DNA of 64,000 nt from Chiloscyllium plagiosum (taxonomy: Eukaryota). Numbering within the stretch: position 1 is the stretch's first letter; each line of letters begins with the position of its first letter. Positions 1 to 12,400 of the stretch are shown one piece after another. The notes beneath the pieces are model-generated. The model searched no databases and was not told where the DNA came from. It saw nothing but the letters and a program-made list of their open reading frames with translations. The stretch is from contig NC_057718.1 in NCBI RefSeq assembly GCF_004010195.1, positions 24,297,414-24,361,413 on the forward strand, read 5' to 3'. The position numbers and the translations under genes were made by a program.

Positions 1-396
1 CGCACACACACTCACACGCATACTCATGCAGATCCTCTCTCTCTCACACACATGCACCCCTGCACTCACCCGCACGCACGCACCCTCTCACAGGCTTATG
101 CCCCATCACACTCATACACATGCTTGACTAAGCTTACACACACATACATATTCTTTCACATGCACACACTCACATACACACACTCATTCTGAATCTCCTG
201 CACATGCACACTTATAAGTTTGGGGGTGTATTTGTATTTGCAGAATTACATTTTATTTTGCTCAAAAACTGCATAAGTCCATTTAAGATTCTGTAAGCCC
301 ACTTTAGGGATAGAATTGACTCAACATTGGTGCAGACTTTACCTTCACACATGTTAATGCATTCTCTGAGCTGAGATAACACCTATTATTGAATAA

Positions 397-600
397 GGAG
401 AGAGTGAAGACTGCAGTTGCTGGAGATCAGAGTTGAGAGTGTGGTGCTGGAAAAGCACAGTATGTCAGGCAGTATCCGAAGAGCAGGAGAATTGACATTT
501 CGGGCAAGAGCCTTTGAAGGGCTCTTGCCCAAAATGTCGATTCTCCTGTTCCTCAGATGCCGCCTGACCTGCTATGCTTTTCCAGCACCCCACACTCAAT
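397..600. mobile_element. Older PLE family-A fold-back palindrome
   Basis: Inverted arms centred on gagccttt|gaagggctc (~510-525). Flanked by the degenerate direct repeat ctattatt (383-390 and 601-608). Confidence 0.8.
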
Positions 601-780
601 CTATTATTAGATTAGCTGACTCCACCTTGATAATGTTATTCTGGGAATTACATATTAAAGAATCTAAACCACCACATCCCATTCTAAAAGATGAAAGACT
701 TAAACAAAATTTAGATTAAGGACTTTAACCTGGTCCTGTGTGATGTTTAACTAAAGTTGTTTAATATATCATTATAATTT

Positions 781-1083
781 GGGCGGCATGGTGGCTCAGT
801 GGTTAGCACTGCTGCCTCACAGCACCAGGGTCTCAGGTTCAATCCCAGCCTCGGGTTGTTCTCTGTGTGGAGTTTGCACATTCTCCCCGTGTCTGTGTGG
901 GTTTCCTCTGGATGCTCTGGTTTCTTCCCACAGTCTAAAGATGTGCAGGTTAGGTGAATTGGCCATGCTAAATTGCCCGTAGTGTTAGGTGCATTAGTCA
1001 GAGGGAAAATGGGTCTGGGTGAATTACTCTTTGGAGGGTTGGTTGGGCTGAAGGGCTTATTTCCACACTGTAGGGAATCTAAT
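781..1083 (+). mobile_element. HE1-type V-SINE
   Basis: tRNA-like head (tggctcagtggttagca...ggttcaatccc), V-domain ctgtgtggagtttgcacattctccccgtgtctg, and CR1-like tail gaagggcttatttccacactgta. Confidence 0.9.
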
Positions 1084-2113
1084 TTCATGACACTCTAACC
1101 CTTTTCCAAAAAATTCTGTGTTGTTTGGTAATGTTCTACAACCATCTAATGAAGAGGCAGTGCCTCGAAAGCTTGTGCTTCCAAATAAACATGTTGGACT
1201 ATAACCTGGTGTTGTGTGTGATTTTTAACTTTGTCCACCCCAGTCCAGCACCAGCACTTCCAAATCATCACTCCAGCTTACTAATTGTGTTCACCAGCCC
1301 TGCATTTGGACAGTGGTCACCAACATCTCGAGGCTATCCTTTGGCAGCAATTGTCTGCAGTCCCCTGTCCATGGACACTGGCATTGGACATGTACCAGCC
1401 TCACCACAACATCAGGGCATATTGCTGATCCTCACTTCAATGCTGCACTTTGGAGTGTATGAGCTCTTTTATCAATATTCTGCTGCTAGGATACTTTGCA
1501 CACAGAAATAAGCAACATCCATTTGCTGAATTGCACCAGGGTGCATCTCAGATCTCGTCCCTTGATCTCTTAGCACTCATTCACTTTGTGCTTACAGTAT
1601 CTCTGCCTTATCATCTTTCCCATGCCTTGTGCTGTGTGCCCTCTCAGCCAGAACTTAAAAGCTTGCAGTACTTTGGTCTTTGACTTGTCTTTTAATGCTG
1701 ACACAGAGAATTTACAACTAGCCAAGTTTTCCTCCACTTTCAAAAACCTACATGCTCAAATGTATCTTCAACAAGCAGTAAAGATGATTCTGCTTTCAGG
1801 AATTTAAGCTAGGAGGAAAGGTTACAGAAGTTGGACTTGATTCATTTGGACAATGAGTCTTTGAGATGGTTCAGTTAAAGTTATTGGATTATGAAATGTA
1901 TTGGTCAAACAGATGCAGACACTATATGCATTACAGTGAATAATACATATTGAAAATAAATTAATGAAGAAAATTACATAGAACCTTTACAACCAAATTA
2001 ATAGAGGTTATTAGACTAGATTCCCTACAGTATGGAAACAGGCAGTTCAGCCCAACAAGTCCACAGCGACCCTCTGAAGAGTAACCCACCCAGACCCATT
2101 CCCCTACCCTATA

Positions 2114-2795
2114 CAGAGGAATCTCGATTATCTGAATATCAATTATCCGAATATCGGATTATCCGAAGGTGATCGCAAGGTCCCAAATAGAAACATTACA
2201 TCAAAGAGCTGTTTCAACCCTGATCGTGTCTTTTGTTTACAAATACAATGATTAAAAACAAACTCTGCTCTCTGAAATGCTGCTGACAACATTCCTGGAC
2301 AGTCCAGGCACCGCCTCTAAATGACTGACCTCCCGCCCTCCCTCTCTCCCCCCACTGGACTTCTACATAGGGGTGTAGCCTAAACTCCCCTCTTCCCAGA
2401 TATTCTCTCCAACATTGTCCTGTGCATGGCAAAGGTGGAACCTGTCAAAATGTGTGTGTGCTATTTGGAGACTTACCCCACAAAGGCAGTAGCAGCAGTC
2501 TTACTTTTGGTGTACAGTCCGGCTGCCCTGAAGGTGGGGTCGGAGGTCTGGTAGTGGGTGAGATGGGGCTGCAGGGTGGGAGCAGACAGGGTTGGAGATG
2601 GGGGGAGGGCAGTGTTGGACGGGGTTGGTGGCAGGGTCTCATGCACAGTATGCTGCTGCTCTGTCTCCTGAACAGGGAGCACACTTCACAGAAAACTCCA
2701 AGGCCCAGAGGAAATACTCTCCAATTAATGGAATAATCAATTATACAAATGAAATAGTGCCCACCCATCTCATTCAGATAATCAAGGTTCCTCTA
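2114..2795. mobile_element. Tc1/mariner-pogo (Tigger-like) MITE
   Basis: About 24-bp TIRs: CAGAGGAATCTCGATTATCTGAAT on the left and ATTCAGATAATCAAGGTTCCTCTA on the right. TA is duplicated at 2112-2113 and 2796-2797. The empty site cctatattta is seen in the HE1 at ~15741. Confidence 0.85.
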
Positions 2796-2951
2796 TATTT
2801 ACCCCTGACTAATGCACCTAACATTATGGGCAATTTAGCATGTCCAATTTACCTCGCCTGCACATCTTTGGATTGTGGGAGGAAACCCATGCAGACACAG
2901 GGATAATGTGCAAACTTCACACAGACAGTCTGCCAAGGTCGGAATCGAACC

Positions 2952-3110
2952 TCACTATCAAACCAGCAGACAAGGGAGGCGCAGTAGTAGTTTGGCGCAC
3001 CGACCTCTACACCGCTGAGGCCAAACGCCAGCTCGCAGATACCTCCTCCTACTGCCCCCTTGACCATGACCCCACATCCCACCACCAAACCATCATCTCC
3101 CAGACCATAT
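2952..3110 (+). mobile_element. PLE reverse transcriptase N-terminal fragment
   Basis: Translates LTIKPADKGGAVVVWRTDLYTAEAKRQLADTSSY, with the PLE-diagnostic DKG motif. Confidence 0.85.
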
Positions 3111-3111
3111 A

Positions 3112-4375
3112 AAGACAGATAACAAAATTTTCTATCAGCACATAAAACGAAAAAGAGTGGCTAAAGTAAATGTCGGTACTTTAGAGGATGAGAAGGGGCA
3201 TTTTGTTATGGGATATGATGAAATGGCTGAGGTATTGAATAGATATTTTGTTATTGGTCTTCACACTGGAGGAAATAAATAACATGCCAGTAGTTGACAA
3301 AGAGACAAAGACAGGTGAGTACCTGGAAACAATCATTATCACAGAAGAAGTCATGTTGGGCAAATTAATGGAGGTAAGGATAGATAAGTCTCCTGGCCCT
3401 GATAGAATGCATCCAAGGGTACTAAAGAGATGGCAGGAGAAATAGCAGGTGCACTGGTGGTAATTTTCCAAAATTCGCTGGGGCAGTTCCAGCAGATTAG
3501 AAAATAGCAAATGTGATGCCACAGTTTAAAAAGGGAGATACACCAAAGATGGGAAGTTATAGACTGGTTAGCTTAACCTCTGTAGTGGCAAAGATGTTTG
3601 AGTCTATTATCAAGTAAGATATAGCAAGGAATCTCGATAGAAATTGTGCCATTGGGCAGACACTACATGGGTTCATGAAGGGCAGGTTGTGCTTAACAAA
3701 TCTTTTGGAATTCTATGAAGACATTATGAGCAAGGTAGACAATGGGGACCCAGTGGATGTTGTGTACCTAGATTTCCAAAAGGTCTTTGACAATGTGCTG
3801 CACAAGAAGCTGCTGCATAAGATAAGGATGCATGGCGTTACGGGTAAAGTCTTAGCATGGATAGAGGATTGGTTGACTATTGGTCGGAATAGGTTGGAAT
3901 TTAGAAGAATGAGGGGGGATCTTATGGAAACAAATAAAATTATGAAGGGGATAGAAGTAGGAAGGATGTTTTCAGTGGCAGGTGAAACTGGGACAAGAGG
4001 ACATAGCCTCAAGATTAGAGGGAGCAGATTTACGACTGATTGGAAAGGAACTTCTTCACCCAGAGGGTTGTTAATCCATAGAATTCCCTGCCCAGTGAAG
4101 TAATTGATGCTACTTCAGTAAACATTTTTAAAGCTAAGGTAGAATCTTTTGAACAATAAAAAATTTAAGGGATACAGTGAGAGCGCAGTAAGTGGAGCCG
4201 AGTCCATGAAAAGATCAACCATGAATTTATTGAATGGCAGAGCAGGACCGAAGGGCCGATGGATGACTTCTGCTCCTAGGTCTTATCTTCTAAATGGGCT
4301 GAAAAAATAGCAAATGGAGTTCAATCTGGATAAATGCGAGGTATTGCAATTTGGGACAACAAACAAGGGTACGGT
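3112..4375 (+). mobile_element. CR1/HER1 LINE ORF2 fragments, internally deleted
   Basis: KSPGPDRMHPRVLK, GRLCLTNLLEFYE and DVVYLDFQKVFD motifs. At ~3880 the sequence jumps to the C-terminal LEFRRMRGDL. The 3' tail is near 4290. Confidence 0.9.
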
Positions 4376-4386
4376 TTTTACAATTT

Positions 4387-4686
4387 CAGCACCGCCTTCC
4401 TAACCTGCAATCTTCTTCCCGACCTCTCCGCCCCCCCCCCCGTCTGACCTATCACCCTCACCTTGACCTCTTTCCACCTATCACATTTCCGACACCCCTC
4501 CCCCAAGTCCCTCCTCCCTACCTTTTATCTTAGCCTGCTGGACAAACTTTCCTCATTCCTGAAGAAGGGCTTATGCCCGAAACGTCGATTCTCCTGTTCC
4601 CTGGATGCTGCCTGACCTGCTGCGCTTTTCCAGCAACACATTTTCAGCTCTGATCTCCAGCATCTGCAGACCTCACTTTCTCCTCA
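4387..4686 (+). mobile_element. PLE family-A 3' end with hammerhead ribozyme (4555-4590)
   Basis: Highly similar to 9097-9391. Contains attc CTGAAGA a gggc-ttat-gccc GAAA cg TC gatt. Confidence 0.9.
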
Positions 4687-5089
4687 AAGATCGAACCCAC
4701 GTCCCTGGTACTGTGAGGCAGCGGTACTGTGAGGCAGCAGTGCTGACCACTGAGCCACCAAGCCACCCAAATGTTGTGGAACAGTTATGGAATAAAGTTC
4801 CAAAAGAAATATTATAAGCAGACAACATCAACACATTCAAAAACATTGGGTATATTTAGAAAAAGGAATTAAAGTAAGAGTGAGATGCCAACTGTGTGGG
4901 GCTGAAAAATAGCCACACTTATTAGGAGGATTAGCATTTTCTTTATCCGAAATCTTTTCTGTGGTCTGAATCCCATGTTTTTTTGGCTGAGTGTGAGTTG
5001 TGTTATTTTGACTGGCAAGATGAAAGCAATAACAACAAGAATGTGCAATTCTGTATTCGGTAAAATCTAATCTATAAATTTTCAGATAT

Positions 5090-5483
5090 AGCTCCTTTGG
5101 TAACAGTCTTGTTTCTTGGGTAGTAGTTTGTGGGTTCAAGTCCCAATGCAGAACTGGAACACACAAGTCAAAACTAATGTTCTAGTGTGATACTGAGGAA
5201 ATGCAGCACTATAGAAGATACAGTCTTTCAGATGAAATATTAAACTGAGGGGCTGTCTGTGCTTTAAGACAGAGGTAAAGTTATCCCACAAATTTACTTT
5301 GAACAAGAGCAAGGGAATTGCCCTAAATGACTAAACCAATTTTTAACTACTTAATCAATATCAGAAACAGATTTTCAGGCCATTATTACTTTTGTGTTTT
5401 GGGAGTCTAAACTAAAAGTACTTCATTGGCTTTAAAGTAAGTTGGGATGTCCAATGGTCATGAAAGGCACAATATAAATACAA
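5090..5483 (+). mobile_element. Ancient Deu-domain SINE (SacSINE1/AmnSINE1-like)
   Basis: B-box gggttcaagtccc, Deu-like core tttcagatgaaatattaaactgaggggctgtctg...tatcccac...tttgaacaagagcaaggga, and L2-like tail tgaaaggcacaatataaatac. Recognised from memory. Confidence 0.6.
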
Positions 5484-6736
5484 TAGAACATAGAACATAG
5501 AAGAATACAGCGCAGTAGAGGCCCTTCGGCCCTCGATGTTGCGCCGATCCAAGCCCACCTAACCTACACTAGCCCACTATCCTCCATATGCCTATCCAAT
5601 GCCCGCTTAAATGCCCATAATGAGGGAGAGTCCACCACTGCTACTGGCAGGGCATTCCACGAACACACGACTCGCTGAGTAAAGAACCTAACCCTAACAT
5701 CTNNNNNNNNNNNNNNNNNNNNNNNNNNNNNNNNNNNNNNNNNNNNNNNNNNNNNNNNNNNNNNNNNNNNNNNNNNNNNNNNNNNNNNNNNNNNNNNNNN
5801 NNNNNNNNNNNNNNNNNNNNNNNNNNNNNNNNNNNNNNNNNNNNNNNNNNNNNNNNNNNNNNNNNNNNNNNNNNNNNNNNNNNNNNNNNNNNNNNNNNNN
5901 NNNNNNNNNNNNNNNNNNNNNNNNNNNNNNNNNNNNNNNNNNNNNNNNNNNNNNNNNNNNNNNNNNNNNNNNNNNNNNNNNNTGTATTCCATTTGCCACC
6001 TTTCTGCCCAGCTCTGCAGCTTCTCTATATCCCTCTGTAACCTGCCACATCCTTCCTCACTGTCAACAACTCCTCTGACTTTCGTATCATCCGCAAACTT
6101 GCTCACCCAACCTTCTGACCCCTCCTCCAGGTCATTTCTAAAAATGACAAACAGCAATGGTCCCAAAACAGATCCTTGCGGAACACCGCTAGTGACGGCA
6201 CTCCAGGATGAACCTTTGCCATCAACTACTACCCTCTGTCTTCTTCCAGCCAGCCAACACCTAATCCAAACCTCCAACTCATCCTCAATGCCATACCTCC
6301 GTATTTTTTGCAGTGGTCTACCATGGGGAACCTTATCAAACGCCTTACTAAAATCCATATACACCTGCTGCTTTCCCCTCGTCCACCTCCTTAGTCACCT
6401 TCTCAAAGAATTCAATAAGGTTTGTGAGGCACGACCTGCCCTTCACAAAACCATGCTGACTATCCTTGATCACATTATTCCTATCCAGATGTTCATAAAT
6501 CCTATCCCTTACAATTCTCTCTAAGATTTTGCCCACAACAGAATTGAGACTCACCGGCCTATAGTTACTAGGGTTATCCCTACTCCCCTTCTTGAACAAG
6601 GGAACCACATTTGCTAGCCTCCAATCTTCTGGCACTACTCCTGTAGACAACGAGGACATAAAAATCAAGGCCAATGGCTCTGCAATCTCTTCCCTTGCTT
6701 CCCAGAGAATCCTAGGATAAATGCCATCCGGCCCAC
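5484..6736 (-). mobile_element. CR1/HER1 LINE 3' part (RT), spanning a gap
   Basis: ORFs 6348-6674 and 5564-6364 give [41 protein letters not shown] and FADD. (atagaac)n tail at ~5484-5500. Confidence 0.95.
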
Positions 6737-8775
6737 TTTATTACACCAACTTTAATCTATTTTGATAGAGCATCCATTTTGGTCAGAACATTTATTTAAC
6801 AAACCTGCTGTAACTAACTGTAGACAAAATACTTAAATACTGTATTTAGAGACTGCCAATGAATTCCCTGACTTGGCCTTGAAGTAATCTTAATACCTTA
6901 CAATGAAACTGGAAAAATAGATTCTTCTACCTATGCATATAAAGCAATTTGGCACTGATACATTTAAACCTCAACCAGTTTCAACCTCTCTAGTTTGCAG
7001 ATTGATCTTAAAAACACATATTAATCTCAAGAAATCCATCATAATTTTAGCTGTTCCATTTAGCTAACATTTTGCTGCCATCAATAGTGTTTGTGGGCAA
7101 TAATGGCCTGTTCAGGTAGGCAAGTCATGTGTCCACATAAAACAAATTTTAAAACAATATAATTTTTGCTGCTTGTGGTAATTTTAACCAGTTTATGAAA
7201 GAAATCTCATAGAATATTTGCCTATTTCTAAATTTTAAAGAACCGCCACAAATTTTTAGGTTGATTTTATGCAGCCCTGCTTCAGTAATTGTCAGATTTG
7301 GAGTACTCCAGTTTAACCATGATGGGTAGGAACCATTAGGCTCTAGAGACACTGACAATGGTCACTGGATGCAGGTGAGTTGAATAAACATGAGATGGTT
7401 GACCTGCAAATCTGTTTACTAGCATGAACATAGAAATGGGAGTTGGCCATCCAGCCCTTGAGCATGCTTCACCATTCAATTAAGTTATGGCTATGTGTAC
7501 ATTATCCCCATTTGCCTGCCTTTGATCCATACCCCCTGATACCTTAGATTAAATAGAATATCCAAATATCAGACTTGCAATTTCAGTTGACACAGCATCC
7601 ATCTTTTCGGCAAAAAAGATTTTACATTTTCAAAGCTTTTTGTAAACCAGTGTATTCCCGGATTCCACTCCTGAATGAACTAATCTTATTTTAGAACAGT
7701 GCCCTGTTCTAGTCCAGAGGAAATATACCTCAATATCTCTTACAAAATTATTTTGTCATTTTAAAGATCCCAACCATATTTGAATCCAGTACAGAGGCCA
7801 ACAGTTTTAAAGTAGAAGGATCAGGATACAAACACAGTTGTTACTTTTGCACAGTCCAAGATGAGACAGGAGGTGTAAATTCATAGATCTAATTTAGTGT
7901 TAAAGTGATGGATTAAAAGCATTGGCTTTAAAGTTCTTGGAAATGTGAGTTGTGACAGTGGTTATTTTAGCATGAAAGCCAGGATGCATCTACCACTGAC
8001 TTTGTAAAGTTTCCAGCTAAGATAGAAGTTATTTAATAGTATATCAATGATGAGTATGTATTTAATTAGGAGAACCTCCAGAGCATAGAGCATACTAACA
8101 ATTAGAAAATCGAGCCCTAAATTGCATGTGTAGGTTTGGGATGAAAATGCTGAATACAGCTTTCTGGTAGACCTACAGCATTCATTGTAAAAGGCCCATT
8201 TTAAAAGTTTAAAATTAAATTCTTGCTACCAGATGGTCATATATCCAACACTTCCCTGCCGTGGGCACTTGAAGGTCAGTCTAACCAACTGATGGTTTAC
8301 CAAACCTCATGCAGGATCCCTGTGAAGAAGCACAGTGCAGAAATGCTTGATTTAGGAATTCCCTGCACCTTGATCACCTCGCCTTCCTGTCCTTATGATG
8401 AAGGTCTTGTTCAGGGTAAGTGGAGGTTCAACCCTCATGTGTTAATAATTAATTCCAGATACATTGACCAAATGTCAAAAATGTTTCAATCTGATATTCT
8501 TACTAATTAAGGGAGTGAAAGATTATCGGGGTAGCTGGGTTACAATCAAATCCACCATGATCTTATTGTATGGCAGACTAAGTTTGAAGTGCTGAATGGC
8601 TTACTCTTGCTCCTAATTTGTAAGGATGTATGTTCATTTCAAAACATTGTAGAGGTTGGATATTGTATTTTCTGTGCTTTTGTTCCACCTATAGCAAAGC
8701 AATGAACATTTCTCAAGAACACAATTTTCAACAGCGATATTGATAGTTTAAGGCCCTGCCTTTCACCAAATTTCA

Positions 8776-9391
8776 TCCGCTGCAGCCGGTGTGGCCTCCT
8801 CTATATTGGGGAGACAGGCCGCCTACTTGCGGAGCGATTCAGAGAGCACCTCTGGGCCACCCGGACGAACCAACCCAACCACCCTGTAGCACAGCATTTC
8901 AACTCCTCCTCCCACTCCACCGAGGATATGCAGGTCATTGGACTCATCACCGCCAAACCACAACAACCCGACGGTCGGAGGAGGAGCGTCTTATCTTCCG
9001 ACTGGGAACCCTCCAACCACAGGGGATGAACTTGGACTTCACCAGTTTCTTCATCCCCCCTCCCCCCACCTTGTCTCAGCCGAATCCCTCCAGCCCGGCA
9101 CCGCCTTCCTGACCTGCAGTCTTCTTCTTGACCTCTCCGCCTCCATCCTACTCCGACCTATCACCCTCACCTTGACCTCTTTCCACCTATCACATTTCCA
9201 ACGCCCCTCCTCCAAGTCCCTCCTCCCTACCTTTTATCTTCTCCTGCTGAACACTCTCTGCTCATTCCTGAAGAAGGGCCTGTGCCCGAAACGTCGAATC
9301 TCCTGTTCCCTGGATGCTGCCTGACCTGCTGTGCTGTTCCAGCAATAAAGTTTCAACTTTGATCTCCAGCATCTGCAGACCTCACTTTCTC
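8776..9391 (+). mobile_element. 5'-truncated PLE (family A): GIY-YIG endonuclease C-terminus, 3' UTR and hammerhead
   Basis: Translates IRCSRCGLLYIGETGRLLAERFREH...HPVAQHFN...EERLIFRLGTLQPQGMN. 12-bp TSD caccaaatttca at 8764-8775 and 9392-9403. Confidence 0.93.
9264..9299 (+). ncRNA. Minimal type-I hammerhead ribozyme motif
   Basis: Stem I attc/gaat, core CUGAAGA (9268-9274), stem II gggc-ctgt-gccc, GAAA (9288-9291), palindromic ACGU in place of stem III. Predicted cleavage after C9295. Confidence 0.8.
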
Positions 9392-9530
9392 CACCAAATT
9401 TCACCCACACAGTTAAGGAATCCTAACTTTTCTCAAGCTCACTTACAGATCTATGATACACACAGTTACAAAAATAAGTCCAACAAATATCCCCAATAAA
9501 TTTTAAAAAGAAAAACATATTGTAAAATAA

Positions 9531-9734
<204 letters not shown>

Positions 9735-12400
9735 AAAATCGGTGCACGCTTTCAGTCAAGTATCATCTAGTGCTCCCTGCTACAGCTGTACTTTGTTGAA
9801 AGGAAGAGTTGTCTGTCAGTCACAGGAGCATTTGTTTTAAGCCTCATGTTATGTTTCTAATGCCTACCAAAATAGGATGGAAGGGGTTACTTTGCATATG
9901 CCTATTTGCTACATACAAATTAGTAGTTATGATCATATCACAAAATATTCATTTATGTTCAAATGACATTCGTAAATCCAGGAGTAATTGCAAAGCTTGG
10001 CGTTATAATTCCATGGTAAATTGCATCTCACCATACAGCACCTAGTGTTCTAAATGATTTGGTATAAATGCTTGATCCAATTTTAGATTAGGCTTACAGT
10101 CTTGAGGCACATTGTAATTACATCTACTATGTTCTCTGACTCTGCCAAAAAATGAAATAGTTTTACTTTCTTGGTATTGAATTGTCAATTACTGCCTTGG
10201 TGAAAATCCTGTGAGACTATTGTAGAAAACTCACTGGCACCACTTGGAGAAAGATTAACTTTCGTTTATTGATGTGCAGTACATAATGTCAGCATCTTCT
10301 AATGTAATCTTGTGAAATGGTGTAACTGTACATTGTATTTTATCACTGTTTTAATATTGATACAATGTAATGATTGAGTTATATACAGTATACTTATTAA
10401 AAAGAGGAATGATAAAATGAGTTTAAAGGCAGATAGACAAATAGGTATTATCACAGTTATGAAGAATCCAGTCTGCATTTATCTGACCCGGATGAGTATC
10501 AGTAGATCGTGTCATGGTATCATTCGCTGCACTGAAGACTCATTGTGCTGCTACAATACAGATTTATACTCTAATCCGTGCAAGATGACCTAATTTCCCA
10601 AACAATGGCACACATTATTTTAAAAGAAATTTCCACAAGTATAGGATTCTTTTTTAACTTTTGGACACTGAGTTGTCTAAACATCCACTTGGAAAAATAT
10701 GGTTTATAAGTTACTTCAAATTGAAATGAAACATGTACATTTCATGTCTTTGGGACATAGACTCTTGAGGCGCAATTGAGTAAATGTATAAGCCAGACTG
10801 AACTCTGCCTATCAATGTTTTAAACAAAATGAATTAGCCTTCTTCTTGACTCTAATCTATTTTGTGAAATTAAGAAGACAATTATCAAAACTTAGATAAA
10901 CTGGGTTAGGAATCAATATAACAATCTAAATTTTGTGTTTTGATCAATATTTTCAGTTTTTACATAAATATAGTTTAATAGCTCATAACCTAAATACTAT
11001 AGGTATTTGTTTTTATCTGGATAAGCATTTACTTTATTTTGCTCAGTTAATCATATCTATTAAGGATAATGGATTATGTGTAATGACGACTGTGTTTAAT
11101 GTATAAGTCAGTATTTCTGTACTCACAAGAAGCAATGTTCCTGTTGGGTATCTGCTCAGCTTTTCAATGCAGCTATAACACTTTCATGGGTTTTCTTTTT
11201 TAAAATCACTGAAGGAAAATGCTTACGCCGAAATATATTGTGATTGGGTTGTGTACAAAATTGTCACAAATGAAAATGGTGTTCTAAGGATACAAACAAA
11301 AACTGAGTGAACTCACTATAGAGATGTAAGCACTCTAAGTGGAGAAAGATTTTAAGTTAAAACAGTCAAACTTCATCACAGCAAAATAACTATTTATAAA
11401 TCTGTATGTTCTCATCCCATGAAACTTGAATAAAGTAAAGCAATATTGACTTGCAATGACAATATCAATTTCCCATTCAGATGAGCTGCAAATTGTCATT
11501 TGAACCCAAATATACTCAACTTTTGAGATTTTTGCGATCTTCATTAAACTCCAAATAACCAGGTCTGGAAGGATTATTCTGCCATAGAAATTTATTTTGG
11601 TTATCCTTTACTTAGTTCCACGGACCATGGTTTTATCTAAGGTCAAAAATGCTTAAGAACCCTATCCTCAAATACAGATCTACAAAACTAGAGGATAAAT
11701 TAGCTAGAAATAAGAGATTTGACTGCTTTTCCAGGTACCTAGAGCTTGTGTGTATAGTTAGAATATAACATTATGAGTAGTACTAGTATTGGACATTGTC
11801 TGTGTTATTACTTGTCTTTGCCACTGAATGGGTGCTAGTAATAATACTTTATGAATTAATTGCCTTATATATGTATGTCTGGTATATATCTGTTGTTATT
11901 TGGTTTGTGCACGAACTGTCTTATTATTCAAAATTGTGATCTTTGTGACAGAATTGTACCTGTGCCTTCTCTAAGATTTTGCAAAAGGCACACATTCACA
12001 ACACAACTTATCTTAAAAAATCCATTTATTCAAATATCACCTGTTCTTTAGACACAAGTTGAAAGCTTCTGTGATTAAATAGTCATGATTATTGGTCATA
12101 TAATGCAATGTTTTCATTAAATCTGTTTTAAAGATATTATTTTTATTTCTGTAACATAAAACATTGTCCTTCAAAAGATCTATTGCTTGTTAGTTTGTGT
12201 ACCAACTAATCTGTGTTACACCATTTATCATACTGCATCTTATTAGGTAATTGCTTTTTAGGGAGCACTTGTGCAGATGCCCCCATGATTGTCAGAACAT
12301 AATTAATGAATATTCAAAGGTGATTGTAACCTTTCAGGAGTGTTGAAATGAAAAGCAAAGGTTTTCAAACATGGTGTAAATAAAAAAAAGTTATTGGTAT
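9735..12400 (+). other. RCAN2: Probable RCAN2 3' UTR
   Basis: AT-rich, transposon-free stretch directly after the stop codon. Candidate polyA signals are ATTAAA at 12116-12121 and AATAAA at 12379-12384. The 3' end is uncertain. Confidence 0.6.

Larger units (their letters stand above)
1..1270 (+). mobile_element. 3' region of a Penelope-like element (family B), interrupted by a family-A palindrome and an HE1 SINE
   Basis: CA-rich start. Segments 680-780 and 1085-1270 are collinear with the reverse complement of 51940-52135. It ends with a degenerate hammerhead (ctaatga a gaggc agt gcctc gaaa gc tt gtg, ~1147-1178) and the tail ttccaaataaacatgttggactataacctggtgttgtg. Confidence 0.65.
2015..4768 (-). 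mobile_element. HE1 SINE split into three pieces (2015-2113, 2798-2951, 4690-4768) by nested insertions
   Basis: The three pieces join into a continuous HE1 when compared with the intact copy at 15645-15932. Confidence 0.8.
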
